The notes: generated from the letters alone by a model not told the origin. DNA of 63,896 nt, filler included, from Cladosporium halotolerans (GCF_011745625.1; 9 parts of 9 records of this genome joined end to end with filler, not necessarily neighbours in it), one strand, 5' to 3'; shown: positions 46,359-57,455, counted from the whole stretch's first letter. Made by a program: numbers and translations.

Positions 46359-47641
46359 ATGCATCGCGTCATCTGCCCACCCGCACGAACCACTCGAACA
46401 GCAACAACTCCTTCATTCTCAGCTCGGCCTCACCAGGCTCGACATGACGATTTGACGGAGCGTTACGATGTGCATCAGCTATTAGGGAGGGGCGCGTACG
46501 GGTCGGTCTATCAGGCCACTCCGAGAGGCTGCCAAAACAAGGTCGCTATCAAGGTGACTCGGCGGCTGGACGATCCTTTGGTGTGCCGTCGAACGTTGAG
46601 CGAGATCCGCATCCTACAGCATCTCCAACATTGCAACATTGTGAGGCTGCTGGACGCTGCGAGGCCGGACGGCTCCCACAGGCTTTCCGAAGCTTGTCTG
46701 GTTGAGGAAGCGATGCCGTACAACCTGGCGCAGGTGATTCAAACGTTTCCCCTTTCGGACGCGCAGATCTCTTGTCTCACGCATCAGATGCTGTGCGGCT
46801 TGCACGCGATTCACTCGGCTGGCATAATCCATCGCGATCTCAAGCCGGACAACTTGCTGGTTGCGGACAACTGCGAGTTGAAGATTTGCGATTTTGGACT
46901 GGCTCGAGCGGAAACAACGCGTGGAAGGAGACGCAACAGGCTGACGGAGTACGTCGCAACGCGCTGGTACCGGGCCCCGGAAGTCATGCTCTCCAGGTAC
47001 GGCAAAGCCGCAGACGTCTGGTCGAGCGGATGTGTGCTTGCCGAGATGTTGGGAAAGAGAGTCTTGTTCCCAGGGCAAGGCTACGTGCACCAACTGGATT
47101 GCATTTTCGCCATACTGGGCTCTCCGACGGACGAAGACTTGGCGTCTGGATACTCCGTCAAAAGCATTGACGACATACGGAAGGTGCTTCCAGTGAGGCA
47201 AAAACTGCCGTGGCGTGAGGTTCATCCCCACGCCTCCCAAGCCTCCCTGGACCTCCTCGATCGACTCTTGACTTTCAACACGGAAAGACGAATATCAACC
47301 GGCGACGCCGCACGGCACGTTTATGTGCGAGGATGGGCAGATGAAAATCCGCAGTCGTGGGAACAGGCTTCCTCCCAGCGAGCTTTTGTCGAAAGCGGAG
47401 GCGATGGATCCGATGCAACGGCGAGATGTCAGTATCACTGAATTCAAAAAGCATGTGGGGCTTTATTTGCTGACGATTGCAAGGCGATCTTTTCAATGAG
47501 CTCATTCGAGTGTCAGACCGGTCCATGTGCTCCAGATTACTTTTGCAGCTCAGCGCGGGTCTCGAGGCCAGGGCCGCGTGCGACGACGCTGGTTCGACAG
47601 AGCCTCTCGGCTCTGAGAAAGCAGCAAACACCACAAGTTGA
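46359..47641 (+). CDS. Divergent ERK/Fus3-type MAP kinase (TEY)
   Basis: GRGAYGSV, VAIK, CRRTLSEIRIL, HRDLKPDN, ICDFGLAR, LTEYVATRWYRAPEVML. A probable terminal intron (gtcagt...gctgac...caag) leads to DLFNELI. The unspliced ORF ends at 47441. Confidence 0.9.
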
Positions 47642-47712
47642 ATTTGCCTTTAGGGTTTGTCCATAATCGCGATACGAAGACGCTGGGTGCCACTTGGCAG
47701 CTGACGTCGACA

Positions 47713-47819
47713 CATCTTCGCCTGGTCAATCGGAAGCTTCCTCGGAAGCGTACAGTACAAGGCGTGGGAGGGATGTTTGAGAATAAGCGTGACATTGCGG
47801 CGTGCTATATAGCACTACG
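47713..47819 (+). repeat. About 105-bp direct repeat, copy 1
   Basis: catcttcgcctg.tcaatcggaagcttcctc...tacagtacaaggcgtgggagggatgtttga...gcgtgacat..cggcgtgctata, also at 49086. Confidence 0.9.
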
Positions 47820-48728
47820 ATCTAGAGCAGCGCAATGAGTATCCTTGGTGAAAGTCTTTTCCTCTCGCACGACTACTCGCCTGCCCATCCCAAGAGAAAG
47901 CGAAAGCGCAACAAGACGTTCTGTCAAGGCATATGGATCGATTGGTGTAGACTCAATGCCAATCGCTGTTGTCCCAAGCTGAATGGCCTGTTGCTTGCGG
48001 TCGGTGGCGCTGACAATGAATCCGGATACGCACTCGGTACTCTCAGTATCCGTTGGGACATAATGGCCGCCGTTGTGGATCAGCATGCATGATCCTTGTT
48101 CGGTGGACAATCTGCTCCACGCCGCATCTCTCTCGTCAGCATCGACCATCGGGTCCCATTTTCCCCACAGCACACAGAATGGCGTCGATATTCGTGGGTT
48201 TTCGTAGAGCCAGTCAAAGTATCGGCCTCGCCCCACTCGGCCCGCGTACATCACACCAAATTTGAATGGTGGATGCTGGAGGGTCCGGAAGATCGGTGGA
48301 TATTCCATTAGCTTAGTTGAGCGGTGCGATGCGGTGCAATGTGCCTGCCACCGTTCCACTCCCTCCAGCAATGAGGCCACCATCCCTGCGATCACCGTGC
48401 CCTGAGAGAAAGCTACGACCCCGTCAAATGGCCCTTCGCTCTGCAAGATGTGCGCCGTAGCGGTCAGACTATCGAGAAGCCCAAGAGGGGGTTCTGAGAC
48501 GTCACGGAGGTGAAACCAGGCTCTAAGTTCCACGATTTCGTCCGCCAGTCCATCATATTCCCCTGCGTTGAATCCAGGAATATCGCTCGTACGTAGTCCG
48601 ATTGGACCATCCGGCCAAACGAAGGTGGCACGGGGGTGGGCGTCACGTATCTCATCCACCAGTCGGCGAGTCTTTCGACGGAATATGTCGCCCGTCTGAG
48701 CGTACCCGTGAAGCATTAGTATTCGCAT
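47805..48728 (-). CDS. FSH1/OVCA2-family serine hydrolase (LovG-like esterase)
   Basis: MRILMLHGYAQ, RAWF, GPFDGVVAFSQG (Ser), GKWDPMV (Asp), HNGGHYVP (His). Confidence 0.92.
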   Translation of the reverse strand: MRILMLHGYAQTGDIFRRKTRRLVDEIRDAHPRATFVWPDGPIGLRTSDIPGFNAGEYDGLADEIVELRAWFHLRDVSEPPLGLLDSLTATAHILQSEGPFDGVVAFSQGTVIAGMVASLLEGVERWQAHCTASHRSTKLMEYPPIFRTLQHPPFKFGVMYAGRVGRGRYFDWLYENPRISTPFCVLWGKWDPMVDADERDAAWSRLSTEQGSCMLIHNGGHYVPTDTESTECVSGFIVSATDRKQQAIQLGTTAIGIESTPIDPYALTERLVALSLSLGMGRRVVVREEKTFTKDTHCAALDRSAI

Positions 48729-49085
48729 TGCAAAGGTAGCAGTCCAAGCGTGAGCTATGAAGAGTCCGGCTGAGTACGATGTGCGGTTTGAGATTATTTA
48801 AAGAGAGAGCTGCAAAACCCATCGGAACGGTGGAGAAAAGGTGACAGGCGCAAGCTTGTCTCTCGTGATGGTTGAGGAAACGATTCTCCGCCAATTTATC
48901 TTTTGAACACTTTCCAGACGCTAAGGTCGTGTGATCTGCCCACTCATCAGATCACACCGGGCCAACTGCTGCACAAGTCTCTCAGCAAGGCGTTCGGTCA
49001 CGGTATGGGTACCAGCTGATTGGAGACAGCGGCTGCCAAAGCGGTTAATTCCGCGGAGGTAATCGAGACGCCATGACGATGTTGC

Positions 49086-49193
49086 CATCTTCGCCTGATC
49101 AATCGGAAGCTTCCTCGAAGCATACAGTACAAGGCGTGGGAGGGATGTTTGAAACCACGCGTGACATCACGGCGTGCTATACTGCAGTCTACG
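49086..49193 (+). repeat. About 105-bp direct repeat, copy 2
   Basis: Matches 47713-47819 with a few substitutions. Confidence 0.9.
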
Positions 49194-49365
49194 GTACCAT
49201 GCTTTGCTGTACAGCATTCAATTGTCCTTCTCGCGCCTTTTGACCTCTTCCCGTTCCGCAAAAGTTCGATTTCACTCCATCCGGCAACGAGCCTCGCGTC
49301 TGCCGTTCACGCATCTATACCAGCCGTCTATTAACGTGGCCAACTCGCAAGAAATTGAGTCATGC

Positions 49366-49854
49366 TTAAGTCTCCTTTCCAGCAGCAACGAAAATTGTCC
49401 AGATGAGGCCTTGACCGGACAGCGACAGAATAGACCTGACCAAGACACCGCCAGGGGTCTCGCAGGCTACGTATGCAACCACATACATCGTCCGAGTAAC
49501 AAGATAAGCCAGACTGAACAAGTTTAGTGATGCTGGCGAAAGTCCGACAAGGTTTCCAGCCAGAATTGCAACGGCAAACATTGGTGCGCCGTGACCAACA
49601 TCTTTCGCTGCCGCCTCAGCGCGAAGTATCCGACCCCGGGTATAGGAAGTGAGTGCAGGGTCCGAGTCGGCGACTTGGGCGAGGTTACGGGGCTGACTGC
49701 ACCCGACGGTCTTGCCCGTCGAGAGGGTGTACGTGCACAGTGCGAACAGGTGCAGCAGCGAGCACATCATCCAGATAAGTGGCAGTATGTAAAGGGAGAC
49801 ATTGGTATGTCCCAGCGAGACCGCCATGACGCAGTGGCGCAAGGTGTCAAACAT
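49366..49854 (-). CDS. MAPEG-family membrane protein
   Basis: NVSLYILP, QPRN, RILRAEAAA...PMFAVAILAGN, YLVTRTMYVVAY, VRS pattern of fungal MAPEG proteins. Confidence 0.8.
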   Translation of the reverse strand: MFDTLRHCVMAVSLGHTNVSLYILPLIWMMCSLLHLFALCTYTLSTGKTVGCSQPRNLAQVADSDPALTSYTRGRILRAEAAAKDVGHGAPMFAVAILAGNLVGLSPASLNLFSLAYLVTRTMYVVAYVACETPGGVLVRSILSLSGQGLIWTIFVAAGKET

Positions 49855-50113
49855 ACTTCCCGAGTCTTGCTAGAGATCGAACGGAAATCGGAAATAGGTT
49901 GAGTGGACGAGTAGCTGTAACGTCGATGGCAATGGGCGAGTGGCTGCAGCGGCGATGACGATGGGCGAGTGGACAGCGTGAGACCGTTGCTCTTTGCAAG
50001 ACGGGGATTGGCAGGCGTGAAGAAAGTGAAAGCTGAGCCATGGGCGAGTGCGATGGTATTTAAGCACGCAGGTGGCGAAGATATCTGCCGGCGCTGAAGA
50101 AGGTGGACGCTTC

Positions 50114-50213
50114 NNNNNNNNNNNNNNNNNNNNNNNNNNNNNNNNNNNNNNNNNNNNTTAATTAATTAANNNNNNNNNNNNNNNNNNNNNNNNNNNNNNN
50201 NNNNNNNNNNNNN
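50114..50213. other. Artificial contig linker
   Basis: N44-TTAATTAATTAA-N44. Confidence 0.97.
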
Positions 50214-51567
50214 GTGATACCTGAGTGGGCTTTCCTGGTTCCCAATTGTCTCTCAAAAAACATGAGAGCCAAGCCAATCTGGGAAATTCGAAAACTTTCG
50301 GAAAAGCGGAGGGCCTTCGTGACTACAGTATCTCTTGGCACCACGTGCAGCGTCCGTCATTCACATCGGGCGAAGTGAGTAACTTCAAGGACGTGCTTGC
50401 GTATTAACACGTTGCGCTTCGTGCTTGCCTGGACGGTCTGAGTTGATGGCACGATTCAGGATACTCATTTATATTACAGGGTGTGAGCCACAAGCACGGC
50501 CTGCACAAGGAGCCGCGCTTCAAATCTGCTGGCTCAAGCGTTCCTCAAAATATTCATCGTCCAACAAGCCATCGTCTACAACCAGCATACTTTCCTTCCA
50601 CATTCTTGGATCTGTGTCCGCCACAACATCTTGTCCTCTAGTCGCGGCAGTTGTGGTTCGGGCGACCTCGGGAGTATTCATCTCGCCCTCCACGTTCTGT
50701 TGACTCAGGCGAGTTGTCGCCAAATTGCCGGACCGCCATGTAAATTTAGTGCCTCCAAGCTCTGACCAGCCAGCGAGCATAGATGACAGACCAGCAGGCG
50801 CTGCGCTGACCTCACCATCAGGCCGCTCGAGCGCCAGCGCGGCTTCAGGGAGAGGCTGACCAGTCAACGCAAATCATACTAGAGCGTCCATGATCCGCCT
50901 CGCACCATCATCCAATGCTCTCCATGCTACATCAAGGAGGCCAAGCAACGGACCAAAGTGTTTTGCAGTACTCCCCTATACCTGGTTACAGGCTGACACG
51001 AAATGGGTCATTCTCACCTGCTTTCTTATCGACCGATTGCACGCTTGTCCGAGTCCGACTATTCTGGCGAAAGGGAGGACGAGCAAGACTTTCGTTACTG
51101 AAAGTGATCCACAGCAAACCTTTCAATCCCCTGGCAAACACATTTTGCCTTTTGCTTCAGCTATGGTGCTTGAACTACGCTACCAGGCAATATGCGTATA
51201 CTCGGATCCCCACATGTGCGACGGTCTCCGCATACACCTACGCTTACCCCGAGACCGTCCAATGCAGGTACGAAGCTTTCCAGAGCATGATCTTCAAAAG
51301 CAACAAGGCCGCTCTTGATCCGTCGACTACACGTACAAGGATATTGACTGGAGCTGCCAACCGCCGACAAGCAATAAACCGGGTATTGAATTCGGGTATA
51401 TCAATGGTCTAACGACCTAGTCTATGGGAGACCTACCAGGCTACCAACATCTGCCGAAAAGTTTGGCAAGCGTATTGCCATCCAAGGAAATGTCTCTCAC
51501 GGGAGCCTCGCCACCTAGCTTGGGAGATTGCCGCTCGTCGCGGTGATTAGAGGCTCTACAACAGATA

Positions 51568-52672
51568 CTAACTCAAAGAGGCCGAGCAGATAGTCTTTGA
51601 GTAAGCATACTCGAAGGCTTCCAGAAAGCCTAAGATCTGAATAACAGCGGCGCAGACCACCAGGATGAGCATGATAGAATGGGAGCTGCACATGTCGAAT
51701 CTTCCAGGCCACTGGCTTTCGGGGAACCTCATCTTTCGCATCATGTGCATTAGGATCAAATTATCTCCTGTACGGGAAAACGGAAGACTCACTGCATAAA
51801 GCACGGTTCCAGATAGAAGAAGGCAGCCTACCTTCGCCACCAGAGTATAGGTGAAGGCTTTTCTGTTCATTAGTTCCAGTCCGAATATACTTAGCCCGTG
51901 AATCAAGGGCACCACAAAGGACATGCCAGTCGCCACGAACGCTGAGGTTCGCATGGGGCGATGCTCGTGGCCTTGGAGCTTAGGATGAGTTTCGTGATGA
52001 CGGTCAATGCCCCGAAAATAACAATTTATGATCCAATGAAGACGGTGTTAGCTCTGATTGCCAGTGCTGGGGCAGGAAAGGTCGAGTGGGAGAGGTCTAG
52101 TGACTACCCAAAGACCAATAAATATTGCGCAACGTAGTCTCACACCAAAAGATTATGTATACTCCCAAGACGATGTCACCGGTTATGAAGATCCCTTTAC
52201 CAGCCATATCGAGTCGGTGGCAGAAATGGTCCACGACATAAGAGTGATTCATGAAAGTATGATAAAGAGCCGAAAATGTATAGCAAACGGTCGCCGCCAG
52301 CATGAAGCATGAGAAAGCCACCAAGTCGGCGCTAGTGGCTTTAGAATCTTCGCGAGTAAGGTACTGTAGAATATACCACTCGCCAAGGAGGAATCCAACG
52401 GCGGGAATGAGGTGGGAAAAGATGTTGACCGTCTCACTGTGGAGTCTCCACCAACTGCGGACCGAGGCGCGAACCGAGTGTGATATGGGCCTGTAACCGT
52501 GAAGAACCCATTCATTATTGTCGTCTTGAAACTATTGCAGCATCTCATCGAACGAGAGAAGCGCTGGACGCCCTGCCTCCTCCGACCCGGATCCGGAGGC
52601 TTCGTCTTCCAGTCGCCGCCCTTTGTGCGCCTCTGGCTCCTTGGGCGGAACTCGCAGACGAGCGGACGCCAT
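51568..52672 (-). pseudogene. PAQR / hemolysin-III (IZH, ADIPOR-like) receptor with premature stop
   Basis: NEWVLHGYRP, HSETVNIFSH, SALYHTFMNHS...RLDMAG, RFPESQWPGRFD...SSHSI. TAG at 52532-52534 where Trp is expected. Confidence 0.85.
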
Positions 52673-53178
52673 TTACTGTCGCACCTACTGACTTGTGATG
52701 TCAGAAGTGAAGTCCAGAAGTCGAAAGTGAGTGAGTGATGAGATCGAAAATACGCCTTGTTTCTTTGCTCCGTTGTTTTTCTGTGTCTTGCGCGAAATAG
52801 CCATGTGCGGCTCTATAGACGCGCAGCGGTCAAAGTGGCGACCCCCGTCGACTAGAGTCAGAGGCGCCTACCCCCTGCTCCTCTTCCGAATCCACCTCCC
52901 TGCGGTTCCTCTTCACTGCCCAGTTAGCAATATTCAGAGCTTGGAGGCGACATGGGGGCTTGCCTTTTTCACGACCGCCCTCCTTCAACCTTCGGCAGGG
53001 ACATGTGCTGGCTGGGGGATGCGTCTTCCAGGCATTCGGCACGGTGAACGGTGAAGTGTGCAAGCTTGTCAGACTAGGTACTTCGGCGGGGACAAGACGC
53101 GATGTCGCAGGCTACAACAAGACAAATGCAACGACGACATGCGTCAGATCAGACCTCCAAGCCGGTCGACGAGTATGA

Positions 53179-53230
53179 GCATACAATTGGAAGGAAGGAA
53201 GGAAGGAAGGAATTTATTCCGCATACAATT
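53179..53230 (-). mobile_element. 32-bp LINE tail-only insertion with 10-bp TSD, forming a (GGAA)n microsatellite
   Basis: gcatacaatt at 53179-53188 and 53221-53230 flanks an insert whose reverse complement is GGAATAAATT(CCTT)5CC. GGAATAAATTC is also the 3' end of the LINE at 57641-63353. Confidence 0.7.
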
Positions 53231-53505
53231 TTCACAGCAGTCAACTTTGACAACTCCGCAATAACGCTTGGACCATCTTGCTCCAGGAGCAACCAGGCCC
53301 GTGCTCAGCCGCTTCACAGTGGGACTCTGGTATGCAGTCTGGCAGAGACCTTTGGATCGCAATCTTCAAGACGATATGATAGTAAGTCTGGCGCCACTAC
53401 TATCGCATACTCGCGGAAACGATACCAGTTGACAATCGAGTATGTCTGATGCACGCAGAAGGACCATGCAGAAGGACCATGCGGAACAAACCCCCGCAGG
53501 GAGCT

Positions 53506-54926
53506 CTAGTCACTCCCACAGTTGCTTTGATCCTCCTGCGGCAAGGTAAGACGACTATCCTGCCCTTCGTCATGACGAACGATATTCACTCCTTTTTTGC
53601 CACCGGACCAGGGTTTCAAGCCCTCTGCCACCAAGGTGACGGCTCCGTCCGCCTCACTAACGCCCTCCACAAATCGATAGGACCCAGAGATATTTCCATG
53701 TGCCTCCTTCGGCAGCTTACAGAATTGTGTACCTCCGTTGGACACGCACTCTCGCTTCTGACACACACGGCCCCTCACGCATTTCACATACCTGCATCCA
53801 CGACCTCCAGGGCAGGGTGTCGACCGAGAGGTATACTCCAGCAGATACTTTGCTTCTTCACTCGCCGATCCATGCTTGAACTTGCATCTCTCATATCGGC
53901 AGCATCCAACGAGGTGAAACTCTTTACAGAGACCCCAGTTCCGATAGATTCCGTTCCAGCGCGCCAACTGAGCTTTGTTTGGCGGAGACAAAGACGGGTC
54001 TAGACGTTGATTCCTGACATCAACGGCGACCATTCCCTTCAGGATATCCTCTTTCTGCAGACGAGCTGAGACACGCCGCTCAGAGAAAACATGGTCGTCC
54101 AAATATCCAACTGTCGCATGTACATGACGATGACATGCAGCCTGCGGTGAAGGGGAGTCGAAGCGCGCATGTCCGGTACGACCGACCACCTGCTGGCCGG
54201 AGAAGAAGATTCCAGCGATGTCCTCCACATCAAATCCAACATCCTTGAAGTGGTGGTGGTATTCCATATGTCTCAATAGTATGATCTTGTCTCTCTGATT
54301 CGCCTGAGATGTCAACATGCTCGTGTATCCCGAGTCGTGGCAGCCAGCGAAGTAGATACGTTGGCAATGCACATTCTCTGCATACATGTCGAACTTTGCC
54401 TTCATCTTGGTATCCGCATTTTCTTTACGATCACCGGCATCGACAAAGTCGAAATTGCAGTTGTTGCGATTGAATCCTGCCACGAATGGGCCAAGAGCGC
54501 GTCTCTCACTACCGCAGCGGCCGGCCTTCGCTACTAATTGAGACAAGCCGGAGACGTTGGCATACACATGCATAACGATGTCGCAATGTCCCATGTCTTG
54601 CTTTCTTAACCTGTCCCTAATCACGCCTTCCAGCTGCGTCGCAGCCGATGCTCCCGCTTGTTCCAGACCATGCCCCTTGTCCATAAGTGCTTGGAAGATG
54701 TATCCGTCTCCGTCGATCAAGACTGCAGTGAAGGCCTTCTCGTTTGCAGTCTGGCCTGCCGCTTGTGTCTGAGGGAGGCATCCCTAGCATCTTCGAGTTC
54801 ACTCTGTAGACGATTTCGATCGGCAAGTTCATTCGAGAGGTCCAACAGACGCTTGAGGGAATCGAGGTCTACTGCGGCGATGACATCCTGTACTGACTTC
54901 AGGTCCAGGGCAGACCCTGGGGGCAT
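53506..54926 (-). CDS. NYN/PIN-like domain plus CCCH zinc-finger protein (frameshift near 54750)
   Basis: Coiled-coil N-terminus, LIDGDGYIF, VYANVSGL, FDFVDAGDRKENADTK, GCHDSGY, then CKEFHLVGCCRYERCKFKH and CPGGRGC..C. Confidence 0.78.
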
Positions 54927-55452
54927 GTTGGACTCCTGTCTCTGAGCTCAATTGTGGTGACATAAAGTTTAAGTAAATGACATCGGTTGTGGATAGGAAA
55001 GGGAGATAAACCATTGAGCGACAGCAGAAGGTCGATCAAAGCCCTCGGCTGCAAGTGCCACATCGCAGGGAGCGGCCCGCATTCGGGGCGCAGCAAGCTG
55101 ACGAGACCATGCATGATTTCCGTTGATTGTGGTAATATCGCCGAACCATGCATCATCCCCATCGCGATTAAGAAAAATCTGTCTGGTGCTCCTGTTCGTG
55201 TATTGCAGAGAGCGAAACATCCTTGTTGTTCTGCACCCTGTCATATGTCCCAGCATTTCGGCCGAACAGATCCGACCCGTGTCTCACATGATCGAGCAGT
55301 GTGTATGTATCACGGTTCCGCGCTCAGTCGCAGTCTCTAGCGAGACTGTATATTTTTCAGCGCCAGGGAGTGTTGATATGTAGAATCGGGTGGCTGAATC
55401 TGATGGATCGATTACAGCGTGGTCGTAATGCTGTGCTCATATCGACGGCACA

Positions 55453-56142
55453 CTAGATAGATGCCCGCCTGGTTCGTAGCGCGCGCAGCTCCGCTTCTTC
55501 GAAAAAATGCTTGAACCCGTGGGCGGAATTGAAAGGCGGCGCTCTCGGCTGGACGTACGTTCGCGCGAGGCAGCTTTGACAGGGTACGCTGTTCTGCGAA
55601 GCTTGTGGCGTTGTGCCGCAGGAGTTGACCGAGTCCTGGCGAGACCAACCCAGCTCTAAAGTAGAATGCACTCCAGCGGTACAGCAAGGCGGCGTCATGT
55701 TCTCAACGTCGAATTTGTCTAAATTTGATGAGAAGGTGGAAGGGTTGTGTGTCGTTGAAGCTGTGGTTGGAGCAGTGCTTGTCTCATATATCTGGAAAGG
55801 CGTCCTCAAGGAGCAACTGCCAGTGGATTGTTCAATCCTGGAAGCTTGCCAGGAGAGCGGCGGCCGATGGAATGTCAGAGTCCGTGTGCCCATCACCACA
55901 TTGAAAGGTCCAAATTCGCATGTTGATTCGAAAGCCTCTCCATGCTTCAACAAGACGTTCAATCCCTCGCAGACCACGAACGTGTCGGCAGACCCCAGGC
56001 ACTTTATTCTGACGTGAGCATCTGCGAGTTGCGATGCCCGTTGATGGGAGGTCACCTCTATCTTGTGTAATGTTGCGAATTCTAGAGGTGGCGCAGCTGA
56101 TTTCGTCTTCATACGTTTGCTTGGTCCTGGGGATGATGGCAA
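55453..56142 (-). CDS. Hypothetical protein with a possible Tos4/Plm2-like FHA half-domain
   Basis: VRIKCLGSADTFVVCEGLNVLLKHGEAFESTCEFGPFNVVMGTRTLTFHRP resembles, from memory, the FHA C-terminal strands of fungal Tos4. Start codon uncertain. Confidence 0.4.
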   Translation of the reverse strand: MPSSPGPSKRMKTKSAAPPLEFATLHKIEVTSHQRASQLADAHVRIKCLGSADTFVVCEGLNVLLKHGEAFESTCEFGPFNVVMGTRTLTFHRPPLSWQASRIEQSTGSCSLRTPFQIYETSTAPTTASTTHNPSTFSSNLDKFDVENMTPPCCTAGVHSTLELGWSRQDSVNSCGTTPQASQNSVPCQSCLARTYVQPRAPPFNSAHGFKHFFEEAELRALRTRRASI

Positions 56143-57049
56143 CGTGCGCTTCTGCGAAACCCTTTTTGGGGAACAATAAGACTCTTTAGGACGTACGCAG
56201 CTAAGATGAAATGGACATGTGCTGATCGGATCAAGGGATAGACCCGAGCGATACTCTCTTCATTTGAAGTATAGGTGACCTTGCGGGGGGACATCTGACC
56301 ATCAACCTGCGAATAGAGACGCAGCGCGGCGGCAACACGACCAACGTGATACTCTCTGTAGGCGCCCGAGGATCCTGCCACCTTCAAGAACTATCGTCAC
56401 CGCCTTCCACCGCCTCCGAAATACTAAGCGCGGTCGCAATGCTATGGTACGCCCGGATGATCCAAGGGACACATGTGCAGGACTCTCACTCGAAAGTCTA
56501 TTTTTACAGCCAGCAGCTGCGGGACGCGCCGCGGCTGTCTAACCGCCCTTCCTATCGGCGATGCAGTTGTCCGAGATGACTGGCGCTTGTGCTGATGGCA
56601 GTCTAAGCACTCCGCAATGTTTTGCCTTCCGCGTTAAGATCACAGAAGTGCTCGCGAAGCACTTATGCCCCTCAAGTTTCTTTCTCTTGTAGGAACTCAG
56701 CAGCATCCAAGTCAACGCGTTGTCCAAACAGATGAGCCATCGCAGGGCGTGATGAACGACGTCAGCACCTCCCGTAGTCCGCCTCGAGAGGCACACATAC
56801 GCGACAAGCAGTGTACAGCTCCCACGTCTAGTACCTCGCTGGGCGGTAGTGGAGTCATTCCCACGCTACAGTAAGCACTGCACAAGGTCCCCACCAAAAA
56901 CCATGCGACCTGGCCAACATACTGACACACCACTGTGAAGAAATGTCGTTGCTACGGTAAACCTCGACTGTCGCCTCGACCTTAAGACCATCGCGTTGCA
57001 CGCCCGTAATGCAGAATACAATCCCAAGGTAAGGCCGTTTTCATGGTAG

Positions 57050-57149
57050 NNNNNNNNNNNNNNNNNNNNNNNNNNNNNNNNNNNNNNNNNNNNTTAATTA
57101 ATTAANNNNNNNNNNNNNNNNNNNNNNNNNNNNNNNNNNNNNNNNNNNN
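57050..57149. other. Artificial contig linker
   Basis: N44-TTAATTAATTAA-N44. Confidence 0.97.
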
Positions 57150-57455
57150 ACCAAAGAAGGGAACAGAGATGACTACTGGGACATTGAAAAGCTGGACCAG
57201 AGATCAGACGAGGGAGAGGGGTTACCGGAGGATGGAGGAAAGTGAGAGAGAGGATGGAGCGTGGCGAAAGCAGGAAAGTAGGAGGGCATAAAGCCCAAAA
57301 GCGGTGGCGGCTTGGTGAAGTCGGGACGGCGAGCTGAACTGTACGAGTAAAGATCAAGGCGGGAGCAAACCTGGAAGCCATGGAGATTGTCGCGAAGATA
57401 GCCGACGTGCCATAAGCTATTTAGCTTGAATGCAGTATGATTAAAAAAAAAAAAA
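57150..57455 (+). mobile_element. 3' end of a diverged LINE family A copy with poly(A)
   Basis: DDYWDIEKLDQRSDEGE matches ESWDIERLDRSVEEGE. Family A 3' UTR; A-run at 57443-57455. Confidence 0.88.

Noticed and set aside
50425..51412. Overlapping 90-165 aa ORFs at the start of contig 8
   Set aside because: No motifs, splice structure or consistent strand support a call.
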